DNA of 64,000 nt from Octopus vulgaris (GCA_951406725.2 OX597824.1:10044001-10108000); one strand, 5' to 3'. Positions 12,350-24,000 are shown, numbered from the stretch's first letter. Translations and numbers: made by a program. The notes: generated by a model from the sequence alone, not told the origin.

Positions 12350-13114
12350 TAGTGCATACTATATACGAGGTTAAAAATGAAAATTATTTTCTAAGCAATG
12401 TCCGAGTTTCTATTTGCTGTCCGGCAATGTTTATTTAGACGCATTTTGTGATGTCGGGCGCGAAAATACCTTCAGCTAATCCTGAAAGCAATGAAGTCAT
12501 AAAAGAATCATCAATAACTTGCAGTAAACAACATTTATTAAACGTTATTACTGTTATTACTAATTTAAATTTAATTTGTCAAAATATTTTCCTCGCTTTG
12601 AGACCGCGACCTGTTCACTGACAAAGCTTTGTGCTGCATCTCAGAGATGCAGCACAAAGCTTTGTCAGTGAACAGGTCGCGGTCTCAAAGTGAGGAAAAT
12701 ATTTTGACAAATTAAATTTAAATGTTGAAGTGAATCTAACGGTTTTGTGTGTTTCTTAAATGGCTTATAAACACCTTCCACGCTGCAATTGTTTTCGTTC
12801 CAGCACACGATCACAGATCAAGTCACTCGCTATGCAAGTACATCTCTGTAACTGTTATTACTGTTATTTCTTTATTTTCTGCAAACAAAATGCACAAAAA
12901 GCTACACGTTTGCATTATGTTATATATACAATAATAATAAAGGACGTTACCGTATACAGTTTTACAAACCAAGGACGTTATATAGACCTCCTTGACTCAA
13001 GTTAGAGAAGGGGTGCGTATTATACACGAGGTTTAGGTTTTTCAGAGGTACAGCCCACTAAAAGTCCCCTGCGTATTATACTCAAGGGCGGACTATACTT
13101 GAGGATTTACGGTA
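12350..13114. mobile_element. Tc1/mariner-pogo-type non-autonomous DNA transposon remnant containing a long palindrome
   Basis: Right end ...GCGGACTATACTTGAGGATTTACGG|TA with repeated GCGTATTATAC subterminal motifs; left TIR not found. Confidence 0.55.
12563..12723. repeat. 161-bp palindrome (80-bp arms, 1-nt centre, one mismatch)
   Basis: Centre at 12643; arms read directly. Confidence 0.95.
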
Positions 13115-13363
13115 TGTATGAGTGACACACAAACACACACCCATATACACACAATACACATACATTTACATACACACTTATGGTATTCAGTTTTGCTGAG
13201 ATGGGTGAGTCTTTTTAAGTGTGGCACATTCCCATTAATCCCAATCTTTTGTCATCACTTCCTTGAAGATCAGGGTCCTGAGATCAGCCTTAACCCGTCT
13301 TTCTTGGATCTTCTTCTTCAACAAACTTCATCCATGATAAATGTTTAGTATATTATAGTATAT

Positions 13364-13552
13364 ATAGGCATAGGAATGGCTGTGTAGTAAGTAGCTTGCT
13401 TATGAACCACATAGTTCCGGGTTCAGTCCCACTGCGTGGCACCTTGGGCAATTGTCTTCTACCGTAGCCTCGGGCCGACCAAAGTGGGACTGAACCCGGA
13501 ATCATGTGGTTCATAAGCAAGCTACTTACCACACAACCACTCCTGCACCTAT
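13364..13552. repeat. Fold-back family B SINE head (about 68-bp inverted arms)
   Basis: Forward head 13367-13483 is followed by the reverse complement of its first ~68 nt. Confidence 0.85.
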
Positions 13553-13651
13553 ACAGCTTTCTTCATCTAGTTGGGAAAGTCTTGTTAAAAAAAAAATCTT
13601 TCTATAGATATTCATGCTTTGATGTCTGGTCATTTATTTGGATTGTGTCAG

Positions 13652-13827
13652 AATGGCGCCTGCAAGAAATTGCCAAGATCAACGAAACTTTAACTGGTGC
13701 CGAACGCAAAGCAGCTCTCTACATGTTGTTGAATCAAGAGATGGAGCACCTCGCAGCCATCGGGAGACACCAGGCCATTGCTGATGAAATTATTGCCGAG
13801 AAGAATATAGAATCTTTCCTTAATAAG
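13652..13827 (+). CDS. IQUB: IQUB exon (WRLQEIAKINETLTGAERKAAL...IGRH...FLNK)
   Basis: GTCAG acceptor, AAG|GTCAGT donor, 176 nt. Confidence 0.93.
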
Positions 13828-14261
13828 GTCAGTATACTCTCTTTTGCTACTATTCAGCTCCAGGATAGCTCTGTTCAAGCAATCTTATGATTGATCAAAA
13901 GCATTCCAGCTATGACCATCCTGTCCCCTTTTTTGCAATAATACCTCTAAGATTACATTATTCAATGTTTCTTTCTTTTTTTGCAACAGCTGTATGTGAG
14001 TTGAAGAAAATTTGACTTCTGTTTCTTGCAGGCTGTACAGCTGCATAGGTTTCCATCAGTACAGTTTATTATCATCATCATCGTTTAACGTGGCGTCTGG
14101 GAAGTCAGGAGGCTGCATTAGGGTCCAGTTTGATCTGGCAGTGTTTCTATAGCTGGATTCCCTTCCTAACTCCAACCATTCCGTGAGTGTAGTGGGTGCT
14201 TTTTACGTGCCACCGGCATGGTTCATAAGCAAGTTACTTACAACACAGCCACTCCTACACC

Positions 14262-14475
14262 TTTTGTTTACTCCTTTTGATATCAATCCAAGTGCTTCAA
14301 TAACAATAGGTAATATTGTTGCTTTGAGATGCCACATTCTTCTGATTTCTATTTCCAAGTCCTTACATTTATCCAATTTCTCAAACATTTTATTAGCTGG
14401 GGTTGCAACATCTGTCAAAAGACATATCTTTTCAACATAATTTTTTTTTTTCCACAATGAGATATGTGGTTGGTT
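14262..14475 (-). mobile_element. R4/Dong-type LINE fragment (restriction-like endonuclease)
   Basis: CLLTDVATP...EKLDKCKDLEIEIRRMWHLKATILPIVIEALG motif. Confidence 0.7.
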
Positions 14476-14716
14476 AGCCTGAATTTCCCAATCAGTCTGA
14501 ACATTGAAATTCCAAAAAAATGGTAACCTCAATATTCCGCACAGTTTGTGATGGTTTCTCTTCACACCAATTCTCTTTGTGACGGTGGTGCAGCATGAAT
14601 GACCAGAGTGTCTACTGAACTGCCTTGTCATGTCATTGCAAGTACCCTGTTGGTGCCAGTGTAACACATCTAGAGATGTGTTACACTAGCAGAGATACTC
14701 TACTACTACTACTACT

Positions 14717-15102
14717 GGTGGAAGCACTCCGTCGGTTACGACGACGAGGGTTCCGGTTGATCCGAATCAACGGAACAGCCTGCTCATGAAATTAACGTGT
14801 AAGTGGCTGAGCACTCCACAGACACGTGTACCCTTAACGAAGTTCTCGGGGATATTCAGCGTGACACAGAGAGTGACAAGGCCGGCCCTTTGAAATACAG
14901 GTACAACAGAAACAGGAAGTAAGAGTGAGAGAAAGTTGTGGTGAAAGAGTACAGCAGGGATCACCACCATCCCTGCCGGAGCCTCGTGGAGCTTTTAGGT
15001 GTTTTCGCTCAATAAACACTCACAACGCCCGGTCTGGGAATCGAAACCGCGATCCTACGACCGCGAGGCCGCTGCCCTAACCACTGGGCCATTGCGCCTC
15101 CA
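14717..15102 (-). mobile_element. tRNA-derived SINE family C, full length, inserted in a (CTA)n tract
   Basis: Head GGAGGCGCAATGGCCCAGTGGTTAGGGC...GGTTTCGATTCCC. Related heads at 32169, 35617 (+), 47558 and 60608 (-). Confidence 0.85.
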
Positions 15103-15395
15103 CTACTACTACTACTGCTACTGTTGTTGTTGTTATTAAGCAACAAGACAGGTAAGGGTGATTAGGTGATGGTCTAGGGCTTAGGGGTGGGAGACCCCAA
15201 ACCTTGGAAAAAAAAAAAACTTTGGTCGTCTTGTTGTAGTCGAGGGCTTTACGCTAATGTCCGACACCACTAGGAGGTGCCCCTCGAAGTCGCTGGAAAT
15301 GGAGATCTCCAGGTCCAAATTCTTGAATGGCTGCTGCTGCTACTACTACTACTACTACTGTTATTATTATTATTATTATCTTTTTTCTTTTAAAG

Positions 15396-15569
15396 ACTGC
15401 TGCTCCACGAAGTATTATCTCAAGCTATGACAATCAAAAGACACTCATTGACACTCCATACACAATACGAGCCAGAGAGCTGCAGGAGATCTATAACAGC
15501 CTCATCGTAAATAATTTCACTCTTGATGAAAGACTCGATATTTTGCTGACGTTAAAATATACCATAAGG
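15396..15569 (+). CDS. IQUB: IQUB exon (TAAPRS...DTPYTIRARELQEIY...ERLDILLTLKYTIR)
   Basis: TAAAG acceptor, AGG|GTGAGT donor, 174 nt. Confidence 0.93.
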
Positions 15570-15636
15570 GTGAGTACGTTTGCTTCAGTTATTTCTTGGC
15601 TGCCAACAGAATTAAGATGTGCTTTTCATAGAAGGA

Positions 15637-15890
15637 GTGGAGGCATGTGGCTTAGTGGTTAGGGTGTCAGCATCATGATTGTAAGATTGTGGTTTCGATT
15701 CCTTGACCGGGCGATGCGTTGTGTTCTTGAGCAAATCACTTCATTTCACGTTGCTCCAGTCCACTCAGCTGGCAAAAATGACTAACGCTGCGATGGACTG
15801 GCGTCCCGTCCAGCTAGGGAACACATACGCCATAGAAACCGGAAAACCGGGCCCATGAGCCTGGCTAGGCTTTAAAAAAAGGGCGCATTT
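15637..15890 (+). mobile_element. tRNA-derived CORE-like SINE family E
   Basis: tRNA-like head followed by TGTGTTCTTGAGCAA..CACTT...CTCAGCTG..AAAATG. Relatives at 16090, 18977, 57950, 59323. Confidence 0.7.
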
Positions 15891-18585
15891 ATTTTTATTT
15901 TATTCATAAAAGGATTGTCTTAATCCTTTATGAAACAAACCTACCTGAGACCACTTCTAGTTTTAGGATAAGACAAAAAACTGTTTCAAAGTGTTTATAT
16001 TTTAAGTGAAACATTTTATCGTAATTTTATTGGGGAACATTTTGTTAGATTAGGTATAAAGGGTTATAGACATTGTCCCTCTTTCTAAAAGGCACATGGC
16101 TCAGTGGTTAGAACGTCGGGCTCTCACTCATGAGGTAGTGAGAGTGATTCCCAGATTAGGCTGTAGGCTGTGTTCTTGAGCAAGACACTTTATTTCATGT
16201 TGCTCCAGTTTACTCAGCTGTAGAAATGAGTTGCGATGTCACTGGAGCCAAGCTGTATTGGCCCTTGCTTTTCCCTTGGATAACATCAGTGGTGTAGAGA
16301 AGGGAGGCTGGTATGCATGGGTGACTGCTGGCCTTCCATAAACAACCTTCCCCAGACATGTGCCTCAGAGGGTAACTTTCTAGGTGCAATCTCATGGTTA
16401 TTTATGACCAAAGAGCATCTTTACCCTTACTTCTTCTTCTCCTTCTTGTCTTGAGACAGCATTCACCCGGGGTGGGTTGAGCTGGCTTCATTCATCCACA
16501 AAGGTGCATCCCTCACAAACACCAACCAGACCTGGCAATTTGAGGCTAACGACCGCGTGATCTCGAACACTGTAGATTATGAGGGCCTAGGCTGGTTTTC
16601 AGATCAGCCTTGACTGTCATCAGCCAGGTTTCTACCCTTACACTTCCTTCTGAGTAAAAGGTAAAAATAGTATTACTTATAATCTAAGGTGGCCAGCTGG
16701 TAAAACTGTTGGCACACCGGGCAAAACGCTCAGTGGCATTTTGTCTGTCTTTACATTCTGTGTTCAAATTTTGCCAGGATTGATTCTGCCTTTCATCCTT
16801 TCAGGTTTGATATAATATTTACCTGTTGAGTACTGGTGGGGTTCGATGTAACTGACTTACCTGCTCCCCTGGAATTGCTGGCCTTGTGCCAAAATTCGAC
16901 ACCAACATTACTTATGAAATGCATTTGTCTACTTGTGTGAATTAATTTTGAAAATAGTCGAATTATTGGGGAGATTTAGTAAGATATTCAACATGGTATG
17001 GCTGTGTGGTTAAGAAGCTTTCTTTGCAACCATGTGGTTTTGGGTTCAATTCCAGTGCATGGCACTTTGGGCAAGTGTCTTCTACTATAGCTCCAGGACA
17101 AACAGTGCCATGTTAGTGGATTTGGTAGATGGAAACTGTGCAGAAGATCATCATATGTACATACATACATGCATAATACATACACACACACACACATATA
17201 CACACACATGTATGTATGTGTGTATATGTGTGTGTCTTTGTGCTTATGGTTCTCCATTACAACTTGATAACCATCAATGGTTTGTTTTTGTCCCTGTAAC
17301 TTATCAGTTTGGCAAAAGAAACCAATGGAATAAGTAGCAAACTTAAGAATAAGTACAAGGGTCAATTTTATTTAACTAAATCCGTTAAGATGTTGCCTCA
17401 GCATGGCAGCAGTCCAATGATTGATATTAGTAAAAGATAAAAAATAAAGACCAAATCTATACAGAGCTCTCTGGTTCAAGCAAATGCTGTGAATAAATCC
17501 TGAGGGAAGACATCAGGTTTTCAATTTGTTCTACGCACCATTTAACAATGTCTTTCAATGTATTTTCTCACAACCATCAAAGTGTGAAACGCTCCTCACG
17601 AACGCAAGTTCATGAGATGGTTGTGATCTGTAAACAGTTTTCTGTTGGAACTGGAAAGAGGAGTATAAACACACAATGCATATGTCAAAATAAAATGGAA
17701 GAGAAGAATCATCATTATCGTGGTCATTCAATGCCTGCTTTCCATGCTGGCATGGGTTGGATGGTTTGATTGAGGACTGGCAAGCTAGAAGGCTGTACCA
17801 GGCTTCAATCTGATCTGGCAGAGTTTCTACAGCTGGATGCCCTTCCTAATGCCAACCACTCCGAGTGTAGTGGGTGCTTTTTATGTGCCACCAGCTCGAG
17901 GGCCAGTCGGACGATACTGGCAATGATCAAACTTGAATGGTGCTTTTTATGTGCCACCGGTATGAAACCAGTTAGGTGGCACTGACATCGACCACGCTCA
18001 AATGGTGCTTTTTACGTGCCACCAGCATGGGTACCAAAAGCCAAACAAGTTATATGATGGTCTGCATGCCATGTCTGACACCACTATCATGCAGCTTTGA
18101 TGCAATTTTCTTGTTTTATCTGTTATCTTGTTTCAGTCATTAGACTGTGGCCATGCTGGAGCACTGCCTCGAAGAATTTTTAGTCAAACAAATCAACCCC
18201 AGTATTTATTATAAGTTTTTTTTTTTTTTGCTGAACTGCTAAGTTACAGGGATGTAAACACACCAACACCAGTTGTCAAGCAGTGGTGGAGGATGAACAC
18301 CGACACAAAGACACTCACATGCATGCACACACACACGCATGCATGCACACACACACGCATGCACACACTCACATGCATCCACACATACACACACATACAA
18401 TAGGCTTTTACCAGTTTCCACCTACCAAATCCACTCACAAGACTTCGCTCATCCCAAGGCTACAGTAGAAGACACTTGCCCAAGGTGCCACACTATGGGA
18501 CTGAACCCAGAACCATGTGAGTAGGATGCAAGCTTCGTACCACACAGCTAATCTTGCGTACTGACCCTTATACATGGTGTTTCAG

Positions 18586-18765
18586 GAACATGATTATTGC
18601 AAGATGAGTTATGAGCTTACATGCCTGGTTGACCGTGAAGCTGACCTTCTGATGAGAGGCGTGTCGAATAACAATTTGGCAGGCCTACGCAAAAGGATTG
18701 CTACTCTGTTTCTACAGTACATCAAGACACCGATCTTTAACCCAGAAGCTGCAAGATATACAACG
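18586..18765 (+). CDS. IQUB: IQUB exon (EHDYCKMSYELTCLVDREADLLMRG...GLRKRIATLFLQYIKTPIFNPEAA)
   Basis: TTCAG acceptor, ACG|GTGAGT donor, 180 nt. Confidence 0.95.
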
Positions 18766-19254
18766 GTGAGTCAAATTCTACTTAGTTTTGAGTCTTATTA
18801 CTGGTGGTGGTGGTGGTGGTGGTGGAGGTGGCGGCGGTTGTGGCAGCGGCAGCGGCGGCTGTGGCAGCGGCAACGGCGGTTGATGATGATGATGATGATA
18901 GTGATGATGATAACAAGGAGGAGGAGGAGCAGAATGATGAGGATTTTGCTGTTGTTGTTAACATTGTTGATGATGAAGCACATGGCTCAGTAGTAAGAGC
19001 GACGAGCTTACGATCGTGCGGTTGTGAGTTCGATTCCCGGACCAGGCTGCATGTTGTGTTCTTGAGCAAGACACTTTATATCATGTTGCTCCAGTTTACT
19101 CAGCTGTAGAAATGGGTTGCGACATCACTGGTGCCAAGCTGTATCGGCCCCCTTTGCCTTTCCCTTGGATAACATCAGTGGTGTGGAGAGGGGAGGCTGG
19201 TATGCATGGGCGACTGCTGGTCTTCCACACACAAGAAGAAGATGATGATGATGA

Positions 19255-20004
19255 CAGCGACTCAGATAGCGCAGACCTCCGTTAAAAAAAAACACGCAGC
19301 CATATGATTTACAAAAAAAAAACCTTTAGGGATCATTTGAATGTCGTGAAGTCACTTTCCTCCTTTATGTGTGTCTGGCATGATGTTGAAGAGAGCAGGG
19401 CCAATTGAGGTGAAATAGTTCTGTCACAGTGTTGTGATATGACACAAACATTTCTGTAGTGGACAGATGGCACAGAATCTAAGCCTTGGATGAATTTTAA
19501 AGATGGGCAATGTTGATGGAATATTTTCCACATCATACAGATGATATAGAGCTCACAGTGGTGGTGGTGGAGGTAGCAAAGCCTGAGCTTTTTGAGTCAA
19601 TCCCAATAGTCAAGGCTTGTCATGTCATCCTCTGCAGACCTCCGCCAAGCAGCTCATTTTAAGATAGAAACACGAGTAAAATTAATAATAGAGAAAAGAA
19701 AATAAACTTTGGAAACAGCAATGTCACCATAGGTTATGTGGAAACGATGAACGTGTCTTCAAGGGAGATAATCAAAGAACGTAACATTGTAATACTTCAT
19801 GTAAAATAAATATAACAAATGAAAAATCCTTCAAGAATCCATAAAAATTCACGGATCACTGCCAAAATTTCATCATCTGTTCCTTGTGTCATTACCAACT
19901 TTTTCTGCAAGTATCATCAAATATTGTTCACAACTTTTTGAGTTATTTTGCACACAGACAGACAAACCAACACCAATGAAAACATAACTTCCTTCCTTGG
20001 CGGA

Positions 20005-20010
<6 letters not shown>
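19255..20010 (-). mobile_element. Helentron-associated HINE/DINE-1-like element(s)
   Basis: Subterminal inverted repeats ACCTCCGCCAAG (19638) / CTTGGCGGAGGT (19996), a GTCT microsatellite near the 5' end, a second 3'-end copy near 19255-19282, and an AT-rich insertion site. Confidence 0.6.
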
Positions 20011-20055
<45 letters not shown>

Positions 20056-20102
20056 AGTAATAATAATAATAGTAATAATCATATTTTTCTTAACTGTTCT
20101 AG

Positions 20103-20345
20103 CTTCCGCCATTGACAAAGAAACAGAAAGTATATTACTGTGCAAGTTGCAACAAGTTTTATTCATCAAACCAGTTCCCACTTAATGTTAATGCTCAAGT
20201 CCCTGGTCCATGTAAAATGTGTAAGAGTAAAGACAATGAAGGGCGTCTTAGAAGGGACTTCAACATCTACAGGTATATGCTGAAATCTCTGCGGTCAAGG
20301 GAAGAACGTTACAAAGACAACTCGACTATTGCTTTTCTTCTTCAG
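20103..20345 (+). CDS. IQUB: IQUB exon with CxxC...CxxC motif (YYCASCNKF...CKMC...IAFLLQ)
   Basis: TTCTAG acceptor, CAG|GTGAAT donor, 243 nt. Confidence 0.92.
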
Positions 20346-20572
20346 GTGAATATTTTATTATCGCTATTATTATTCTTGTTGTTCCTACCCCCTGTCAGTT
20401 TTCCAAGGAAGTTAATAACTTGAATGGAGAAATATAGATAGAGTGAGAGAAAAAGGAGAGGAAGGGAGTGAAACAGGTTCTTGTTCAGCATGAAATTGTC
20501 AAACCATCTTTCTCAGACTATGACAGACTACCATCATATATCCTTTTTTCTCTCCTTGTTTTTTTCTGTGTA

Positions 20573-20610
20573 TCTTTCTGTCAAAGAGCGTAGGCTCGAA
20601 ACGTAAAAGA
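20573..20610 (+). ncRNA. Degenerate minimal hammerhead-like motif
   Basis: TCTTT-CTGTCAA-AGAGC-gtag-GCTC-GAAA-CG-TA-AAAGA. Confidence 0.55.
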
Positions 20611-20706
20611 CGTTTTCTATTTCTATTCCTGAGCGCTATACTAATACACTTGTTTGTTTGTACTCCACCTGCCTTCGTCTTTTGTTTATTTTTGTAAACT
20701 TTCCCG

Positions 20707-20741
<35 letters not shown>

Positions 20742-21418
20742 CAGACTATCACATGCGCACATATACACACACACACACACACACTCTCTCACAAGACAAT
20801 GATAAAAAGGAAATACAGACAACTTATTGAAAAGTGACATTTTCCCCCCCTTGGAGTAAACACCTGACTTTACCATTACTAAAAGCAAAGAATCAATTAT
20901 TATTGACAACCTAACCAGCAAAGAGATCAACAAAATTTTTTATCTTCTTTCTCTTCTCCCTTTTCTTCCTTTCCTTCTTTTTCTTTAACACTTCCTTCAG
21001 ATACAAAAACACATGCACATACACACACACACACACATGCTCTCTCTTACTTTCTCCCCATTCATCACCCTCTTGTACTACCTTATATCTCTCCCCACAA
21101 CTACACACTCAATAACACTACAAAAATAGTCAAATTTTCTGCAAAGACTCAGATCAATTTGAAGACTCCACCAGAAAGGACGAAAGCGCTAATATATGAT
21201 ACATGATGCATAAAAACATGTAACGTACTAATAAATATCTGTAAATATAAAACCATCCGGATTTCTGAGTACTCCCTTTCTTCTAAAATATATATATATA
21301 TATATATATATGTTCTAAAATCATTACAAAAAAAACTTATATATACATATAAGTTTTTTTTCGTAATGAGATAAAAAAACCAAGGCTGTGTAGATTTTAG
21401 AGCATTTATGGATAGAAT

Positions 21419-21466
21419 GTCTTACAGCTGTTTCCAGAATATTTATTATATCCCTTCATCGGAGAC
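21419..21466 (-). ncRNA. Minimal type I hammerhead-ribozyme-like motif (CCGAUGA core)
   Basis: GTCT-CCGATGA-AGGGATAT-aataa-ATATTCTG-GAAA-CAGCTG-TA-AGAC. Confidence 0.65.
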
Positions 21467-22146
21467 GGTGTGAGAGGATGGTTAAGACATAGTTAATTTA
21501 GATAAGATACAAAATAGAGAGTGAGGTGGAGGAAAGAAAAGGATAGATGTGAGATATATAGAGATATAGTATTTGTAGATCCATTTTTATCTCATTACAA
21601 AAAAAAAACTTTTAAGTACACACACTAACATATGACCAACAATGATCCCATTATTTGCATTATCACCAAACCTGTAACTTAACTATGGTCTATCTATAGC
21701 ACTTATTCAGCATTACCTGACATCTTTGGGTCTCAATGACACCATTACCTCTCATAACCTCCACGATATAGATATAGATATATATAATTTAAAGTAAATA
21801 GAAAATGGAAAAATATTGATCAACAACAATTGACTAACATCAGTTGTTACTTTGTATTGAATTAAAGAGTAGTCAATTGTTGTTGATCAATATTTCTCCA
21901 TTTTCTATTTACATTAAATTTGATTCCTGATAAACTCATGTTTATCTTTGTCATTACCTGTAACATCTGAGTATAATATGCTTGCATATGTATGTCCAGG
22001 TTTAACATAGGTAATTATACCGGTAGCATAATGAATACTTTTATCCTTTAGGCAGTTATTCCAACCTTTAATTCTACTAACCTTTATATATATATATATA
22101 TATATGAAAGAAGGTTTGAAAATGCAATTTTAAAAGGTGTTTATTC

Positions 22147-22188
22147 ACTTGACCGGTTTCACTTTTTTAGAAAAAGATTGTCAAAAGT
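22147..22188 (-). ncRNA. Degenerate minimal hammerhead-like motif
   Basis: ACTT-TTGACAA-TCTTTTT-cta-AAAAAGT-GAAA-CCGG-TC-AAGT. Confidence 0.5.
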
Positions 22189-22537
22189 AAAATGTAAAAG
22201 CTTTGTTGTGTTAAGTACTGGTTGTCACAAAATATTACAATACATTTATACATTCTTTGATAATAATAAGAAAATGTTAAAACAGTTTACAAGGAAAATT
22301 CTTGAGAAAATATTAAAAAGTTAATCGAAAATATTAGGATTTCATTAAAAATCATGTTTGTTTGGAAGTATCTATATATCTATATATACACAAAAAATTA
22401 TAAGTTCAAAAGGTCATATTATGGTGGTATATATATATACATATATAAAGTTAATCCAAACATGAAAACACAACAACGCGAGGACGTGGAACAAATATAG
22501 TATTATTGGATGCTCAGGAAGGAAGGGAAGAAGGAGG

Positions 22538-22572
22538 GTTTAATGTTTCGAGCAGAGCTCTTCGTCGGAAAC
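22538..22572 (-). ncRNA. Minimal hammerhead-like motif (CCGACGA core)
   Basis: GTTT-CCGACGA-AGAGC-tct-GCTC-GAAA-CA-TT-AAAC. Confidence 0.62.
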
Positions 22573-22851
22573 ATAGGAGAAGGAAAGATCCAAGGAAGGG
22601 AAGACAGTGGAAAAAAAATCACAGAAGGAGATATATTTAGGAGTTGACCTGTTTTATCATTTTTTCATTTTCTGTTTTATCTTTTTTTCATTTTCTGTGT
22701 GTATATATATATACATACACACACACACATATATCTGTTGACCTATCTGTAATATTATTCTAGCAGTGTGTGTGTGTGTTTCCCTAGCAATATATAACTA
22801 CATTTGCTGTAGCAATATTTATATGTACATTTGTTTATATATTTTATCCAG

Positions 22852-23037
22852 GATTCAGATATTTGTTACCTTGTTGAAAAGATCTGGAACAGCGAAAGTA
22901 TTATCAGCAACTGTAATGATCTGTATGAACTTATCTGGGTACGATGGAATAAAGATGAAGTATGGACACCTTGGAACTGCTTGTTGGTAACATTTGAAGA
23001 AGCTGAAATGCATAGCAAGTTGGAAGACTTGAATATT
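22852..23037 (+). CDS. IQUB: IQUB exon (DSDICYLVEKIW...VRWNKDEVWTPWNCLLVT...)
   Basis: TCCAG acceptor, ATT|GTAACT donor, 186 nt. Confidence 0.93.
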
Positions 23038-23149
23038 GTAACTATTCCCATAATACTTTTCCGTCTCTATTATTACCGTCTTTAAAACTTCCCTGTTATT
23101 TAATTTCACCCTCAAAATGGTTGTATTCGCGTAAGGGCTTGGGTATTAC

Positions 23150-23547
23150 TCTCACTCTTTTACTTGTTTCAGTCATTTGACTGCGGCCATGCTGGAGCAC
23201 CGCCTTTAATCGAGCATCTCGACCCCGGGACTTATTCTTTTGTAAGCCCAGTACTTATTCTATCGGTCTCTTTTGCCGAACCGCTAAGTAACGGGGACAT
23301 AAACACACCAGCATCGGTTGTCAAGCAATGCTAGGCGGACAAACACACACACGCATACACTCATATATATGTATACATATATACGACGGGCTTCTTTCAG
23401 TTTCCGTCTACCAAATCCACTCACAAGGCTTTGGTCGACCCGAGGCTATAGTAGAAGACACTTGCCCAAGGTGCCACGCAGTGGGACTGAACCTGGAACC
23501 ATGTGGTTCGTAAGCAAGCTACTTACCACACAGCCACTCCTACGCCT
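23150..23547 (-). mobile_element. tRNA-derived SINE family B, full length
   Basis: Head GGCGTAGGAGTGGCTGTGTGGTAAGTAGC...GGTTCAGTCCC, internal (TA)n(TG)n, tail AAGTAAAAGAG. Other copies at 11597, 16995, 18125, 24890, 25340, 27704, 49437, 52928, 63066. Confidence 0.85.
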
Positions 23548-23639
23548 ATTATTTAATTTCACCCTCAAAATGGTTGTATTCGCGTAGGCTTGGGGTATTA
23601 TTATTATCAATTGTGAACATTATCCTGATTCCTTCTTTA

Positions 23640-24000
23640 AGCCAAGAAGGACAGGCGATGCTCATCTGTTTAGTGGACTTAGTGAAAGAGGTTGTGTTGT
23701 TGACCCAACAGACACCTTTCTCCTTGACCAAGCTCTTATCAACTCTCAACTCTTTCAAGTTTTGCCTGAAAAGGAAAGTGAAGGTGGAGAGGCAAGTCCA
23801 CCTTTCCAGCAAATTTGATAGGTGAGTGACAAGAATAGCCCAAGTGAATGAATCTTGTCTGAGCATGTTCCTGTTAGTTGAATGGGTTGGGAAGGATGGA
23901 AAGAGTGCACTTCCCCTGGTAGTTAGTGACCATGGTTTTGTGGGGTTTCCATGAGCAGCGCTCAGAATTCTCTCCACTTTGGGGGACTTTGTATTCTTCA
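23640..24000 (-). mobile_element. Old, degraded LINE RT C-terminal fragment
   Basis: Weak resemblance (TKSTKQMSIACPSW to LYKSxIRPxMEYAxPxW); explains the 150-aa ORF. Confidence 0.3.

Larger units (their letters stand above)
20500..22650. mobile_element. Cluster of Penelope-like pseudo-LTR fragments separated by (TA)n tracts
   Basis: Successive unrelated 200-500-bp segments between (TA)n runs, five carrying hammerhead-like motifs, plus inverted duplications (21786-21920; 21322-21368 with 21585-21612). Confidence 0.65.

Noticed and set aside
14717-15102. tRNA genes
   Set aside because: The tRNA-like heads lack a pairing acceptor stem and run into SINE bodies; no intact tRNA was recognised in the window.
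18798-19109. Poly-V/A/D/E and poly-W/M ORFs
   Set aside because: Intronic compound trinucleotide microsatellite downstream of the donor at 18765.
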